DNA of 64,000 nucleotides from the human T2T-CHM13v2.0 reference genome, Homo sapiens: NCBI RefSeq assembly GCF_009914755.1, contig NC_060929.1, one strand, 5' to 3'. Both the position numbers and the translations under genes were made by a program. Shown piece after piece: positions 1-11,931 of the stretch; within the stretch, counting starts at the first letter, position 1, and the number at the start of each line of letters is the position of its first letter. The notes beneath the pieces were generated by a model that saw nothing but the letters and a program-made list of their open reading frames with translations, did not search any database and had not been told where the DNA came from.

Positions 1-1261
1 TCCTTACTGAGTAAAAGTGAACGTCTTATAATGACCCTCTAAAATATTATAAAATATTAAATTATTTTGATATGCCTCTCATTTTTAGACAACTATAAAA
101 TGATCAGTGAGGCCATTACCAGAAGATTAATAGACTCCTTTAAATTTTTGAATCCAGCAAACATACATGTATAAACCAAGAGGCACTTTTCTAATGGAAC
201 CCTGAATTCTCAAAGGTGTTCCATGGTTTGAAAATAGCCCAGTCATGATGTTGTCATGATGCTTATTTTTAAGTAATGATTTTAATTAAACCCCCTAAAA
301 AGGGAACAATTCTATACTCCTCTTATATGGGCTGTACTCTGATGATTACACAAGTGCAGTTTCCCATTTTACTCTGGTGTCATGGGGGCAAGGATAATTT
401 CCATCTCATCACATGAGAGAGACACTGTATTTCACTCAGCACAAGGCTCCAATGTAATCAGAGGAAGGGTTTTATACTACAAAATTATAACAAAATAACC
501 AAAGAAAAAGTATTGTTTCAACAAAAGTGGTTCAAAGACAAGAATGTAATGCAGGAGATCATAGAATATTTTTATATGGCAACAAAAATAGATTTCTCCA
601 ACTCACTGGGGCAGACTGGACCAATAAACTCTTCCAGGGTTTTCCAGTTTGACTTCTTTAAGAATGGTTTTTGAAACACGGAAGGAACAGGGAATCCCCA
701 CAGCTTGACACTAAGTAGTTGAGAGATAGAGTGAGGCAGGCAAGCCAGGACACTGAAGGAGTTTCACACAAGTGGGTGGCAGGATGTACTCTTGGTAAAT
801 TGAGTACAGAAAGAGGCAGATTTACAGAATGATGCTTCTGCCTTCCCCTGTATTGGCAATAATGAGAATACCACTGGGATGCTGCTAAAGGCCTGAGGAC
901 AGTCCCAAAACTGTCAAGAATCAAGATTTTCAGGGAAATCCAGGTAGTGCTCATTGAGTCAAAGACTTCTGAGAAAAGTAGGTGATACATTTATTTAAAG
1001 TTCAATGAGAAATTAGGCTAACTTTATGGTTCTCAGAACTGGTATTATTGATTAATTTTACATGCCTGTAGTCTTTTACATGGTCGCAGCTGTCAAAGAA
1101 AAAAGAATGAAGAGAGAGCCAAACAGTTGCACGCATGCACACACACACACAATCACACATGGGGCTTTTCCAAGGAGTTAGAAGTGATAGGAATGAAAGT
1201 TTAGAGGGTGCTTTACTACATTGCATATACATATATATTTTTTCTTATAACAAAGGATAGA

Positions 1262-1380
1262 TATTGCCACCTATTTTAAAGTTAAAGAAATCAAGACATG
1301 CAAAGGCGAATAACTTGCTCAAATTCACACAACTGATAAATTAGAATGATTTGAATGCATCTAACTTCTAAGCCCACACT
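1262..1380 (-). mobile_element. MIR SINE fragment
   Basis: Degenerate MIR core (cctattttaaagttaaagaaatcaagac...taacttgctcaaattcacacaactgataaa...gatttgaat). Confidence 0.6.
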
Positions 1381-1867
1381 GATTATAGCATACCCTTGTG
1401 TGTCAGCCCTTCAAGAGTCTATCAAAGATACATAAAGAGCTAAATACCATGAGTAGGTAAGTCCTTCATGCTAATGTGAGAATGAAGTGAAAAAGAAAAA
1501 AAGGACAGTATCTATCAATTAGTGATCTTGGCAATTATGGCAGTTGAATATTTGAATACTGAGTGTGCTCTGAGTGAAGAGATAGTGTCTTTTGGTGACA
1601 ATACCCTTTTGGGAATAAATAAATCTGGAAATAAGTTCCCCTACATACTACAGGTCAAGATGTGAGGCACCAAAATGTCCTGCTGAATTCAAATATTCCC
1701 TTCTGTTTCTTTACCCTACTGACTATCTTCATTGTCAGAGAAAGTATTAAAAACAAAAAGGAGGTCTTCTTCTCCTCATCTTTTTGTCTTCCTGGACAAT
1801 TCATTCCTAAGGGTTTTTAGATGATGAAGAGCAAGATTGGCATCTAATCCAAAAGAACGAGGAAGCT

Positions 1868-2614
1868 ACAAAGTCAGAGTGAACATGAGAGCTGTGTGTA
1901 CTGAGCCTTGTGTAAGGAAGAGCAAAGCTGCTTGACATTGGGTATCAGAGCCTAGGCAAGGTAATGCATGGTCACAAGCATGGAATTGGCCCAGCCTGGG
2001 AGTTAAAGCCCAAACAGAGTAAGGAGGATGTCCACACAGGGCAGGCCAGTGTGGCATGGCAAGTCAGAGCCTGAGCAGGATAAAGTGGGCATCCTGGTGT
2101 GCATGTGGCCCAGCAAAGGTGTCAGAGCCCCCTTAGAGTTTGGAGGTTGTCCATGCGGATAGGTGGTTGAACATGGGGTGACAGAATCCACATAGCAAGA
2201 GAATGGTAGTGGAAATTGATTGGTTATATACAGGAATATTAATCAAAGAAGTAAATCTATTAAGGATGATGCAAGCTGGATTCTTCATGGTTGGAGAAGG
2301 GAGTTACAGTGATTGAAAGGGGGAAAACTAGAACAGATTTTGTGGTGTTGGTTTGGAATCAGAGATATCAGTGTGATTCATGTTTTTAATACATATAAAC
2401 AGACATAGAAATAAGTAGATATGTAACATACATTCCTTAGCTCTGTCTGTTATGAAGACCTAGGAACAGCAACAATCCAATAGTGATAAGCATATCAAGG
2501 ACCCAGATCTTGGTTTCTAATTTCATCCTCCACTAAAAGGAACCAGGACTCTTTGGAGAAATGGCTGATTTCTGGGTTGAAGTGAAGAAAATACAAGATG
2601 AGCCTGGAGTATCT
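1868..2614 (+). mobile_element. Old L1 3' region (L1MC3/L1MC4-like)
   Basis: Repeated gtcagagcc motifs, then ggaaaactagaa...ttggtttggaat...cccagatcttggtttctaa...aaaaggaaccaggactctttggagaaatggctgatt...acaagatgagcctgga, typical of L1MC4-group 3' ends. Homologous to 3890-4200. Confidence 0.75.
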
Positions 2615-3853
2615 AATTTTGCAGAAAGGGAAACTGAGGCACAGAGAAGTTAAGTCACACATCTAAGAAAACATGGATGAGACAATTCTAAAAGAGTGAA
2701 AGGGAAAAAAATTAAAATGCAGAATGGTTCTGCACACAAATTGTTTGACAAATATCTTTAAGTTCTAACTCCTCCTTAGAAAACGGAGAGTAAAAATTAG
2801 AGAAGGTGCATCATGACTGAGGCTTACGCAAGAAAGCCAGAAACTAATCAGCAGATCAAGTGCCAAAGAAAAACTGTCAAAAAAAATGTTTAAGGTATTT
2901 ATATACCACCTTTTATGATTTCCCCACTTTCACTGATTTTATTAAGAAACCAAACAACTCCCACCCCTAATCCTTTGGGATAAAGTGGACTTCCAGTGCA
3001 AACTTGATAAAGGCTGTTGCTACATGCAACAGAGTCATGAGCACCCAAGTTAATTCTGGCATGCCGTTGAAGATGTACGTGGGAATGTGAGTGTTTTCCA
3101 AGTCCTGAAACTTAACCACTGTGAAGCCTTGTCCAAATCCTTCACCACTTTATGCTTCGGTTTCTTTGTCTGTAAAGTAAGAAACTTGGACCAGAGATCT
3201 CTGAAATCCAAGTGAGTTATCACAGTTCTCTTCTGTTTTTCTCTCACTGAGGGGACTGTCTTCAGAAGCCTCAAGAAGTTCATTCAATTGTTAGTTTTAG
3301 AGTAATAGGTTCTGCCATGTTGATGAACTGTCTTCCAACCAAGATGGCTGATTAGCTAATCAGGATCCTCTAGTTTTTGAGTGGACCTCAGGCCTGGATG
3401 GCTGTCAAGTGACCACATGAAGATGATGAACAAAATGGCAAGCTGAAGATTGCAGCTCTGAATCATGAGACCAGATCCTTAAAGATAAGCCAACATAAAT
3501 CACCTTTCTCAGCTCCTACTATTCTGAGATTAAAATCTTGTCTCTCCCTTTCTTTCTCCTTCTCTCTCCTTCCCCACAATTTGGAAAATGGTTAATGCCT
3601 TTATCTCATTCAGATGACAAGGAATACTATGAACACTATTGTATCTTATAGTCTATTGATCCAAAAAAGGTTTTTGTAGACATAAACTTATTAAAATTTT
3701 AAAATAATCCCAAACTTATATATTGCAGTAGAATACAAAGAACTTTTTTTCCTCCTGAACCATTTGAAATACACACTATAGTGTTTGGGGGTACAATAAT
3801 TTTTTCTTAATTTAAATCATGAGGATGTTGTAGGGGTTAAATGAGTTCATAAA

Positions 3854-3889
3854 TGTAGCAGGCAAAATAATCCCTCCCCTACATCTAAT
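3854..3889 (+). mobile_element. 5' tip of an MLT1D-like MaLR LTR, split by an L1MC insertion
   Basis: tgtagcaggcaaaataatccctcccc...tacatctaat resembles an MLT1 LTR start. The LTR resumes at ~5224 with tacatctgaatccctggaacctgt. Confidence 0.55.
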
Positions 3890-5223
3890 ATGGAAAGGGA
3901 GAAAACTAGAATGAACTTTGTTGTATTGGTTTGGAATTGGAGTTATCAATGTGACTCACAATTTTCAATATAAATAGCAACTGAAGCAAGTATATACGTA
4001 ATATACATTTCTTCGCTTCATTGGCTGTAAGCACCCATGGTGATGAGCATACCTAGAACCCAGGTCTTGGTTTCTAATACTATTCCCAGCTAAAAGGAGC
4101 CAGGACACTCCTTGGAGGACTTGCTGATTCCAAGGCTGGGGCAGGGAAAGCACAAGATGAACCTGGAACATCTTGTGCCAAAAGCATGGAAGTACTCAGA
4201 GAATAATGAGAATATGTCAAAGCCAGCTCAAGGGAAATGCTACTGATAAAGGATTGTCAGTAGGATCCCCCTTAAGGATTTTATTAACAGGTTACAATCT
4301 ATTAATAGATTCTATTATATATATTAATTATAATTTAATATAATTTATTTACATTATTATATAATATAATTATAATGTAATATGTAACTTTATAATTAAT
4401 AGTTATATTAATTATTTTGATGCTTAAATCAAAATCCTTCTTCCTATTTAAGGATATCCTGATTGTCAGTAGGATAAAGGATTTTGATTTAAGCATCAAA
4501 ATAATTAATATAACGATTAATTATAATATAAATAGTTACATATTACATTACAATTATATAATAATATAAATATTTAAATTACATTAAATTATAATATAAT
4601 ATACATAAGAGAATCTATTAATAGATTATAACCCATGAATAAAATCCTTACAGAGATAATAAAGAATGCATTGAAAGTTTGATGAGGAACAGGGTATGTA
4701 CATAGTTTCAAAATACCTCCTCACAAATTATTTATTAAGTATGAAGAAAAAATAGCTTTACAGGAAAAGTCTTTCTGGTTCCACCTTAATCAAGTGATCC
4801 AAGTGAGTACCATCAGGAGGGAGACAAATAAAAATGGCGTGGTACCTGATTAGCTTCGTTGAAAGGAACACAGCCTCACTTCACTTGTATGATCTTCCTG
4901 AATAAAAGAATGAGGAAACACTGGACAAATTCAAATTGAGGAATAGTCTATGAAATAACTGGCCTGTAGTCTTCAGAACTGTCAAGGTCATGAAAGTCAA
5001 TAGAAATCGAGGATCCTTTCCCAATTGAAGAAGGTTAAAGAGACACGGCAGCTAATTACAATCTATGATTCGTAACTGGATTTTTAGGATAAAGAACAAT
5101 ATTGGCACAACTTTTAAAGTTGGAATGGGGCCTGAGGATTAGATAGTAGTAATGTACTAGTGTGAATTTTCTCCTTTTGATGATTATATTCTGGTTATAT
5201 AGGAGTCCTCATTTTTGGGAAAT
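3890..5223 (+). mobile_element. Old L1 3' region (L1MC4-like) carrying an AT-rich inverted duplication
   Basis: Same L1MC4-type motifs as 2320-2614, plus downstream caccttaatcaagtgatc, aaattcaaattgaggaatagtcta...aaataactggcctgta and gtcaaggtcatgaaag. Confidence 0.75.
4273..4650. repeat. Long AT-rich inverted repeat (arms 4273-4446 and 4470-4650, 23-nt spacer)
   Basis: Left start taaggattttattaacaggttacaatctattaatagattct matches the reverse complement of right end agaatctattaatagattataacccatgaataaaatcctta apart from a few mismatches. Inner ends attaattattttgatgcttaaatcaaaatcctt and aaggattttgatttaagcatcaaaataattaat pair perfectly. Confidence 0.95.
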
Positions 5224-5667
5224 ATACATCTGAATCCCTGGAACCTGTAAATATATCACCTTATTGGCAAAGAGACTTTGCTGATGCAATTATCTCTGAT
5301 TTTGAGACAGGAGATTCAAATGGATTATTCAGGTGTAATTACAAGGGAAGTGGGAGTGTCAGGGTCAGAGAGGGGGGTCAGAGTGTCAGGGTCAGAGTGA
5401 TAGAAGCAGAGGTTGGAGTAATGTGATTGCTGGAGGGGGGCCTGAACCACGGAATCTGGGCTGCCTCTAGAAGCTGGAAAACGGAAGCAACAGATGCTCC
5501 CCGGCAGCCTTCTGAAAGAACACAGCCCTGCTGACACCTTAACTTTAGTCCAGTAAGACCCATTTTGGAGTTTTGGCCACCAGAACAGTAGGAGAACACA
5601 TTTGTGTTTTTTAAAGCCATTTAGAACAGTACTTGGCAAGTACTGTTACAAGTAATTAGCACAAACA
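5224..5667 (+). mobile_element. MLT1D-like MaLR LTR (main part)
   Basis: aatccctggaacctgt...ggcaaagagactttgctgatg...gcctctagaagctggaaa...acacagccctgctgacacctt...ccagaacagtaggagaacacatttgtgttttttaaagcca. Confidence 0.85.
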
Positions 5668-5694
5668 TTGGTTTACCGTTATTATTGTTGTTGT

Positions 5695-5830
5695 TATTAA
5701 GTTTTTTTAAAGCATCCAACTTAGTTTTCATAGAAACAAGGACTCTGTTTTTGTACTTGTTGATTGACATAATATTTGATAACATTACATATCTACAATA
5801 CAGGTGGCATAAGCAGACTCTTTGTAAGTG
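5695..5830 (-). mobile_element. Possible Tigger/pogo-type transposase N-terminal remnant
   Basis: Minus-strand translation MSINKYKNRVLVSMKTKLDALKKL resembles the KRKRVVLS.KTKL.AL..L start of CENP-B/Tigger HTH_psq domains. It is short and degenerate. Confidence 0.3.
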
Positions 5831-5923
5831 CACAGCCTATCCTGGCTCTCTGTTCTGTTTCTACTCTGCGCTGGATCTTCCGAGGATGACCAGATGGACC
5901 GTGTAATGGGCCTTCTTGCCCTC

Positions 5924-6792
5924 TGTTGTAGTCCCTCCAATGTGGTCTAGGATCCCTCTTAGGAGAGTGACTAGGAACTCGGTCCCTGTCCTGACAGGTC
6001 TTCAGGGGAGGTGGTTGTGGACGTTTACAGTGTGCCTTTCACGGGATACTTTATCCTGGCAGTCAGCGTGATTCCTAAGCGCCTGGCCCCTGACCAGGTG
6101 TTCTTCTCACAGGAAATGTGTTTATTCTGGCAGACGCCCTTGTGGCTCTTGTCTGGTCTGTGTCCAGTTTGTTTTTACCAAGATGGCCACTCCATAGGAG
6201 AGCCCTGACCCGGAAAGACATTATGTTCTCGTGTGTCGGTCAGGTGAGACGCAGAGGAGGCAGCACAACAAAACGCATGAAATATCAGAAGTATTTTTCG
6301 TTATTTACAGTTCATAGAAGAGGGCAGCACACTTCTCAGGGCCAACAGGAAGTGGGGAGCCATTAGGAACAAGAGTGTTCAACCAGTGAGTGGGAAGCAA
6401 GAGAGACAGGCGGAGGGAGACAGAGAGGAACTTACAGGTTGAAACTTTTCTTGGGGTCCAGGGCGTTACCCTAGCAGGTTCTAATTGGTGGATTTAGAGC
6501 AAGCAGGCATGAGTTCCGTGGAGGAGTCACACAGTGACTGAGAAGTCGTCACTGCGGCATATCTGCAGTTTGTGCAGGGCGTGGGGGCCAGTGGAGCAAG
6601 TCAAACGGGTTGTATCTAGCTGTGCCGTAAGAAGGAGATCACCAAGAGGTGGCAGTGTAAGAGAGGTATCTGGATCAACCACATGGAGAAAGAGGAGGTG
6701 GAGAACTGTGTCCAAGCCCTGCCTTCAGTATGAGAAAGTTAAACCTAGATTCAAAATGGATACTGAGGCAAAATAAAATGGGATGTACTGCA
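5924..6792 (-). mobile_element. MER54-like (MER54/73/74 group) ERVL solo LTR
   Basis: TG...CA ends. The minus strand starts tgcagtac...ttgcctcagtatccattttgaatctaggtttaactttctcatac. Flanked by near-identical 5-mers ccctc (5919-5923) and gcctc (6793-6797), consistent with a TSD. Confidence 0.75.
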
Positions 6793-6944
6793 GCCTCTGG
6801 CTTCAGTTGTCGTCTACAGAGATGCTGGGCAGGAGATCAAGGGACGCAGGAGAGAGAAGTCAGGTGTTTGTCTCCAGCCCCACTCTCCTGGCCACAGTGG
6901 CTGTGTTCCTCTTCTAGCCATGCCATAGGGAGGTCCCTTTCCTG

Positions 6945-7074
6945 CCCCTTTCATGGTGGTTGAAGTGTGATCTGCATTAGAATCACCCACAGAACTTTTC
7001 AAAATGCAGACCCCCAAGGCTCTGTCCCGAGAATCACTGCCTCACTTTCCAGGGGTGGGGCCCCAAGTGTGTAT
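6945..7074 (+). mobile_element. Partial MER5-type (hAT-Charlie) copy, duplicate of 8016-8146
   Basis: tgcattagaatcacc...cttttcaaaatgcaga...ggggtggggccc. The first 41 nt match 8016-8056 at 38 positions. Confidence 0.7.
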
Positions 7075-7446
7075 AAAGCCATGGCTCCTATTGAGTAGCC
7101 CTCTTCATGGCTCCCCACTAGTCTCTGGTAACCTCTCCTTGCTTTTGACCCCTCAGGCCTGGCAGTGGTAACAGTTCCCTGTTGTTGCTAGTCCCTGGTG
7201 CTTCATCATCCTTTATTGACAATGCCTTTGCAAATTCATCGAATTCTCCTCCTCAGTTACCCCTACGGTGTGTACTGTCCTGTGTGAATCATGATGGATA
7301 CAGTAAGTACACATACATTTCCATGGCAGGGCTCAGAAATTTCCTGGGGTTACTATAAGGCCCCTGAGTGGCTTGGTAGCCATGAATGGTCAGCACATCT
7401 TGGGCACAGAGGGAGCATGGAAAGCGCTGGTCTACCTGGTGAGCCT

Positions 7447-8014
7447 TGTCAATGTCTTCCAGCCAATGGCCATCAGGAGCACACCTGTAGCTAAACTAGT
7501 TGGATGAATTACTTGTTGCAGTGAGGGAGAAAGCAACCACAGAAATTATAGGGGCATCTCAGTGAGAGAGTGTTAGAAAAGACAGTATAGGATTTGGGCT
7601 TGGGTTCAGTGATTTTGGGGAGGATTCAGGAAGTAGGGCTTTGCTCTGGATTGGATGCTGTGAGGAAGCATGAATAACTCTATGATTATGCATGTCAGTA
7701 AATCTATAGGCAGGCCAGAATAGAACAAGGATAGATCTATCATTAGCAAAGTAGCGGCAGTCACTCATGTTAGACGGGAGAGGGAGATGTTTGGTGTTTT
7801 GTGCTTTGGGCATTGTTCTTGTTTTTGTCTGAGTTCAGATATGGTTATAAGTGGTCTTGTTTTTGTCTTGATTCATCATGGTCAGAATGGCCTTGTCTGA
7901 TGGCCTTGTTCTATGAAATTGTCTAGTTCACCAAGGCCTACCTGTCAGTGCCAGGCCAGCATCTATCAACACCAAGGTCCAGCTGGGTGTCAGGAGCTGC
8001 TTTTCTCTTTCTCA
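7447..8014 (-). mobile_element. ERV1-class solo LTR (MER89/MER90-like, tentative)
   Basis: The minus strand starts tgagaaagagaaaagcagctcctgaca...gctggcctggcactgaca...agacaaaaacaagacc and ends ...ggaagacattgaca. Subfamily recalled from memory. Confidence 0.55.
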
Positions 8015-8015
8015 A

Positions 8016-8204
8016 CCCCTTTCATGGAGATTGAAGTATGATCTGCATTAGAATCAGCTGCAGAGCTTTTCAAAATATAGACCCTCCAAGACCCTGCCCG
8101 TAGAATCCCTGCATCAGTTTCTAGGGATGGGGCCCGGAGTCTGTATTTTGAATCAGCATGCTGAAGCATTCTGATGCACAGCAGAGTTTGAAGGCCACGG
8201 TCTA
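8016..8204 (+). mobile_element. MER5-type hAT-Charlie MITE
   Basis: tgcattagaatcagc...gggatggggcccggagtctgtatttt...attctgatgcacagcagagtttgaaggccacggtcta. Confidence 0.7.
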
Positions 8205-8487
8205 AAATAGAGACGTCACCAACCCAGTTTCACAAACCTAGATTTGTGGCAAACATTCACGGTGTGAATTTTTAAGCACTGAGCTGTTGGTTTAAATTTC
8301 CATTAGTGTCAAGTTTCAGCACTTGCATGTTATAGAATTTTAACTCAGTGGAATCAGCCTTTGAATTTACAAGGTTATCTGTGCTTATATCTTTTGTGTC
8401 GGTGTTAGAAAAACCTCAATGAAGGGGGTCAACCTGTAAATGATAGAAGGGGCTGGTCATCTATTACCATAAATCAATAAAACATAG

Positions 8488-9056
<569 letters not shown>

Positions 9057-10045
9057 TACAAGCATCTTCTTCAAAGGAAAATCCTCAAGAAAGAATGTAA
9101 AGAAAGCAGAAATGAAGAAGTTAATTTATTATAAATTCACAACGAGAAGAATAGTTGGCATTTTCAAGTGTCAAGAGATGCAGCACCAAAAGTGTAATAA
9201 GACAGAGCCTAATAATGAACTTGATATTGAACCTGATTTTGAGGGACTAGTGAAAATCAGCTCTTTATGATAACAAGAGCAAGGAAACTTGAGGCACAGA
9301 CATCATCACCAAGTGTAGTTTAATACACCTTTTTTTTCCCCATTGAATTTTCCTGCTTTTCAGATGTGCAAGAACTGAGCCCGCTATAATCAAATAACCC
9401 CACCAAAGCTTTCCTAACAGGAATTCATGTAATGAGTCTTTTTAGCCTGAATAATGCGTTTTGCCTTAAAGTCTATTTTGTCCGCAATCTCCACAGGCAG
9501 AGAGTCTGCGTCTATAGCTCATTACCATCATTCTGATGATAATGTTACGTCTCATCAATTACTTGGGAGCAAGGTCAAATTTAGCAGCCAAATCTCCCCT
9601 TTAGCGAGGCCATCAAGAGCGTATCTATCACTACCCCCTCTCAAGATCTATTCCCCTGCAAAAAGCCTCAGTGCTCATGTTCTCTGTCTCTCTCTCTTCA
9701 TCTCTCCCTCCCTCTCCTCTCTCTCTCTCTCTACCCCCTTATCCTGTCACAGTAGTACCAGTTACAAAATCCTGCCCGATTTAATCCCTGATAAATCTAT
9801 TCATTTTTATTTTTATTTTAGAAAGCACAAGCAAGAATGTGTGAGAAGATCACAGAGACCTAAAGAAGGGGAAGGGAAGAACCCACATGTGAGAGAGAAG
9901 AGATTGTCTGACTTGGTAAATAGATATTGAAAACCAGAGGTGTGTGGTTCTCTTAGAATTTGAGTCCATGGGAGGGACTTTTACAATTGAGATTGTGATT
10001 GTATAACTCATGCTGCTGAGATTTATTTTGGTCTAGCCAAGCAAG

Positions 10046-10046
10046 A

Positions 10047-10085
<39 letters not shown>
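10046..10085. repeat. (ATAA)10 tetranucleotide microsatellite
   Basis: Perfect run read directly. Confidence 0.97.
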
Positions 10086-10482
10086 CCCCCACACACCCAA
10101 AAAGACAAAACATTAAAAAAGTTATATTTCCAGAATTTGGCTTTGTTATAGAGCTGTCAGCCAATCCGAAGTTATCAAAACTGATTTTAGTTTTGTAAGA
10201 AACTTACCTGGAAAGTCTACCATGGGGCATGAATCTTTGACAATTGCTCAGGTTTTATATTTCTTTATGAAATTTCAGCTCGATTCCACAATTCATTTAC
10301 TAAATTTGCTTCCTAGAATCAGTAAGCAAAAACTCAACTTCATAAACACAGCTGTACTTGGCAAACAAACTTAATGAGATGAAAAAGGATCTATTTAATC
10401 ACTTCCCAGAATGTATTTATAAATTAACCTTGCTTCTGAATAGTTAGGATTACATCAATCCAACAACTACTCTCTCTCTCTC

Positions 10483-10778
10483 TTTTTTTTTTTTTTTTTG
10501 AGATGGAGTCTCACTCTGTTGCCAGGCTGGAGTGCAGTGGTGCAATCTTGGCTCATTGCGATCTCTGACTCCCTGGCTCAAGCGATTCTCTTGCCTCAGC
10601 CTCCTGAGTAGCTGGGATTACAGGCACGCACCACCATGCCCAGCTAATTTTTGTATTTTTAGTACAGATGGGGTTTCACCATGTTGGCCAGGATGGTCTC
10701 AGTCTCCTGACTTTGTGATCTGCTCGCCTTGGCCTGCCAGAGTGCTAGGATTACAGGTGTGAGCCACCACGCCTGGCC
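10483..10778 (-). mobile_element. Full-length Alu (AluSc-like)
   Basis: Poly-T preceded by (CT)n. tctgttgccaggctgg carries the 1-nt deletion typical of AluSc, and gccaggatggtctc is present. TSD-like aactactctct and aaccactctct. Confidence 0.96.
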
Positions 10779-10859
10779 AACCACTCTCTTAAATCTAATC
10801 TTTGTGTGTGGATGTGAGGTAGTAAGCCTTGTGAAAATGCAAAACTCATAGAAGATGTA

Positions 10860-11400
10860 GCACTTTAGGTAGGTTGCCACCACCTCTGAATTTCTTTATA
10901 TATTTTTAGTCTATGCTGTTAAGTATATATATATTCAAAAATATACATCTTCCTGTTAAATGCTTTTCTAAGACCCTTTTTATCCATCAAAATGTGTTTT
11001 GCTTTAAAAACTAATTTGTTTGATAAATATAAACACAATAGCTTTCTTTTGATGAGAATTGTTGTAATGAATTTTTCTCATCCCTTAACTTTTAATCTTC
11101 TGTGCCATTATGTTTTAGATATGTCTCTTTTACACAATTGGATTTTAACAGCCAATCTAAGCATCTCTGTGATCTGATTATTGGCTTTAGTCCATTTATA
11201 TTTATTGTGATTGTATACATTTGGTTTTATTTCTACCATATTATTTTCTGCTTTTAACCTGCCATGTTTCACTTTGCTTATTTCCCATCCCACATGAAGT
11301 ATTCCTGTTATATTTGTTTCATATCATGTGTACCGGACCTTTACAGTCTATCCACCATGTTTCTTAACTAATCATTTTTATTTTCTGTCATTGTATCTTA
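10860..11400 (-). mobile_element. Old L1ME-type fragment
   Basis: T-rich antisense ORF2-like text (tttgctttaaaaactaatttgtttgata, ttagtccatttatatttattgtgatt). Similar text appears again at ~12980-13640. Confidence 0.5.
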
Positions 11401-11409
11401 CTGTCACTC

Positions 11410-11830
11410 ACAGTTACCCACTTGTGGAATTTGTGCTTCCCATTCTTACAACTTTAGGCTGTGTGGTAAAAGTTCTGATTCCCAGTGGATGAATGCTGCC
11501 ACTGGGGGATATGATGAGAATCCCATTTTACTTTAAACTATGTGGCTGCCAACAGGTCTCTTAGGGCTCCTCATCTCAAGAAGCCAGCAGGCAAGGGAAG
11601 GACAAACCATCCTTGCAGGAATAATTCGTACTGATCATTTGGAGGAGATTCGGCTAGTATAGCTGCTGTTACATAATGAAGAAAAGGAAGAATATGTTTC
11701 AAACTCAGATGAACCACTGGGGAGTCTCTTGATACTCTGTTGCCTAATTTGGATGGTTAATGGGTAAGTGCAATAGACACAGCCTCAGAAAGGCGTGGTA
11801 ATCAGAGACTTAAATCCTCAGTTTCCATAG
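11410..11830 (+). pseudogene. Decayed ERV-L dUTPase region (internal sequence of an LTR16/ERV3-16A3-like element)
   Basis: Manual translation across stops and frameshifts: KVLIPSG*MLPLGDMMRIPFYFKL / WLPTGLLGLLISRSQQAREGQTILAGIIRTDHLEEIRL / LLHNEEKEEYVSNSDEPLGSLLIL. This is colinear with ERV-L dUTPase (VLVP.GGMLPPGDT...GVIDPDYQGEIGLLLHNGGKEEYVWN.GDPLG). Confidence 0.85.
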
Positions 11831-11931
11831 TTAAGCTACTAAGATCATGAGAGGTGCTTCCTAGGAGTGAAGAGAATCGGAATGTCTAGGAAGGACATCA
11901 TGAAAACTAGTTGTGCTCTTAAACCTAACTA

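Larger units (their letters stand above)
5836..7301 (+). mobile_element. LTR33-like ERVL LTR, interrupted by a MER54-like LTR and a MER5 duplicate
   Basis: Pieces 5836-5923, 6793-6944 and 7075-7301: ccctctggctt...caggagatca...ggagagagaagtcagg and cctcaggcctggcagtggtaacagttccctgttgttgctagtccctggtgcttcatcatcc. Confidence 0.65.

Noticed and set aside
3348-3363. 16-bp perfect palindrome ctgattagctaatcag
   Set aside because: About one 8-bp-arm palindrome is expected by chance in 64 kb (64000/4^8).
9454-9930. 158-aa ORF
   Set aside because: It runs through low-complexity CT-rich DNA and starts in an L1-like fragment. No recognisable domain.
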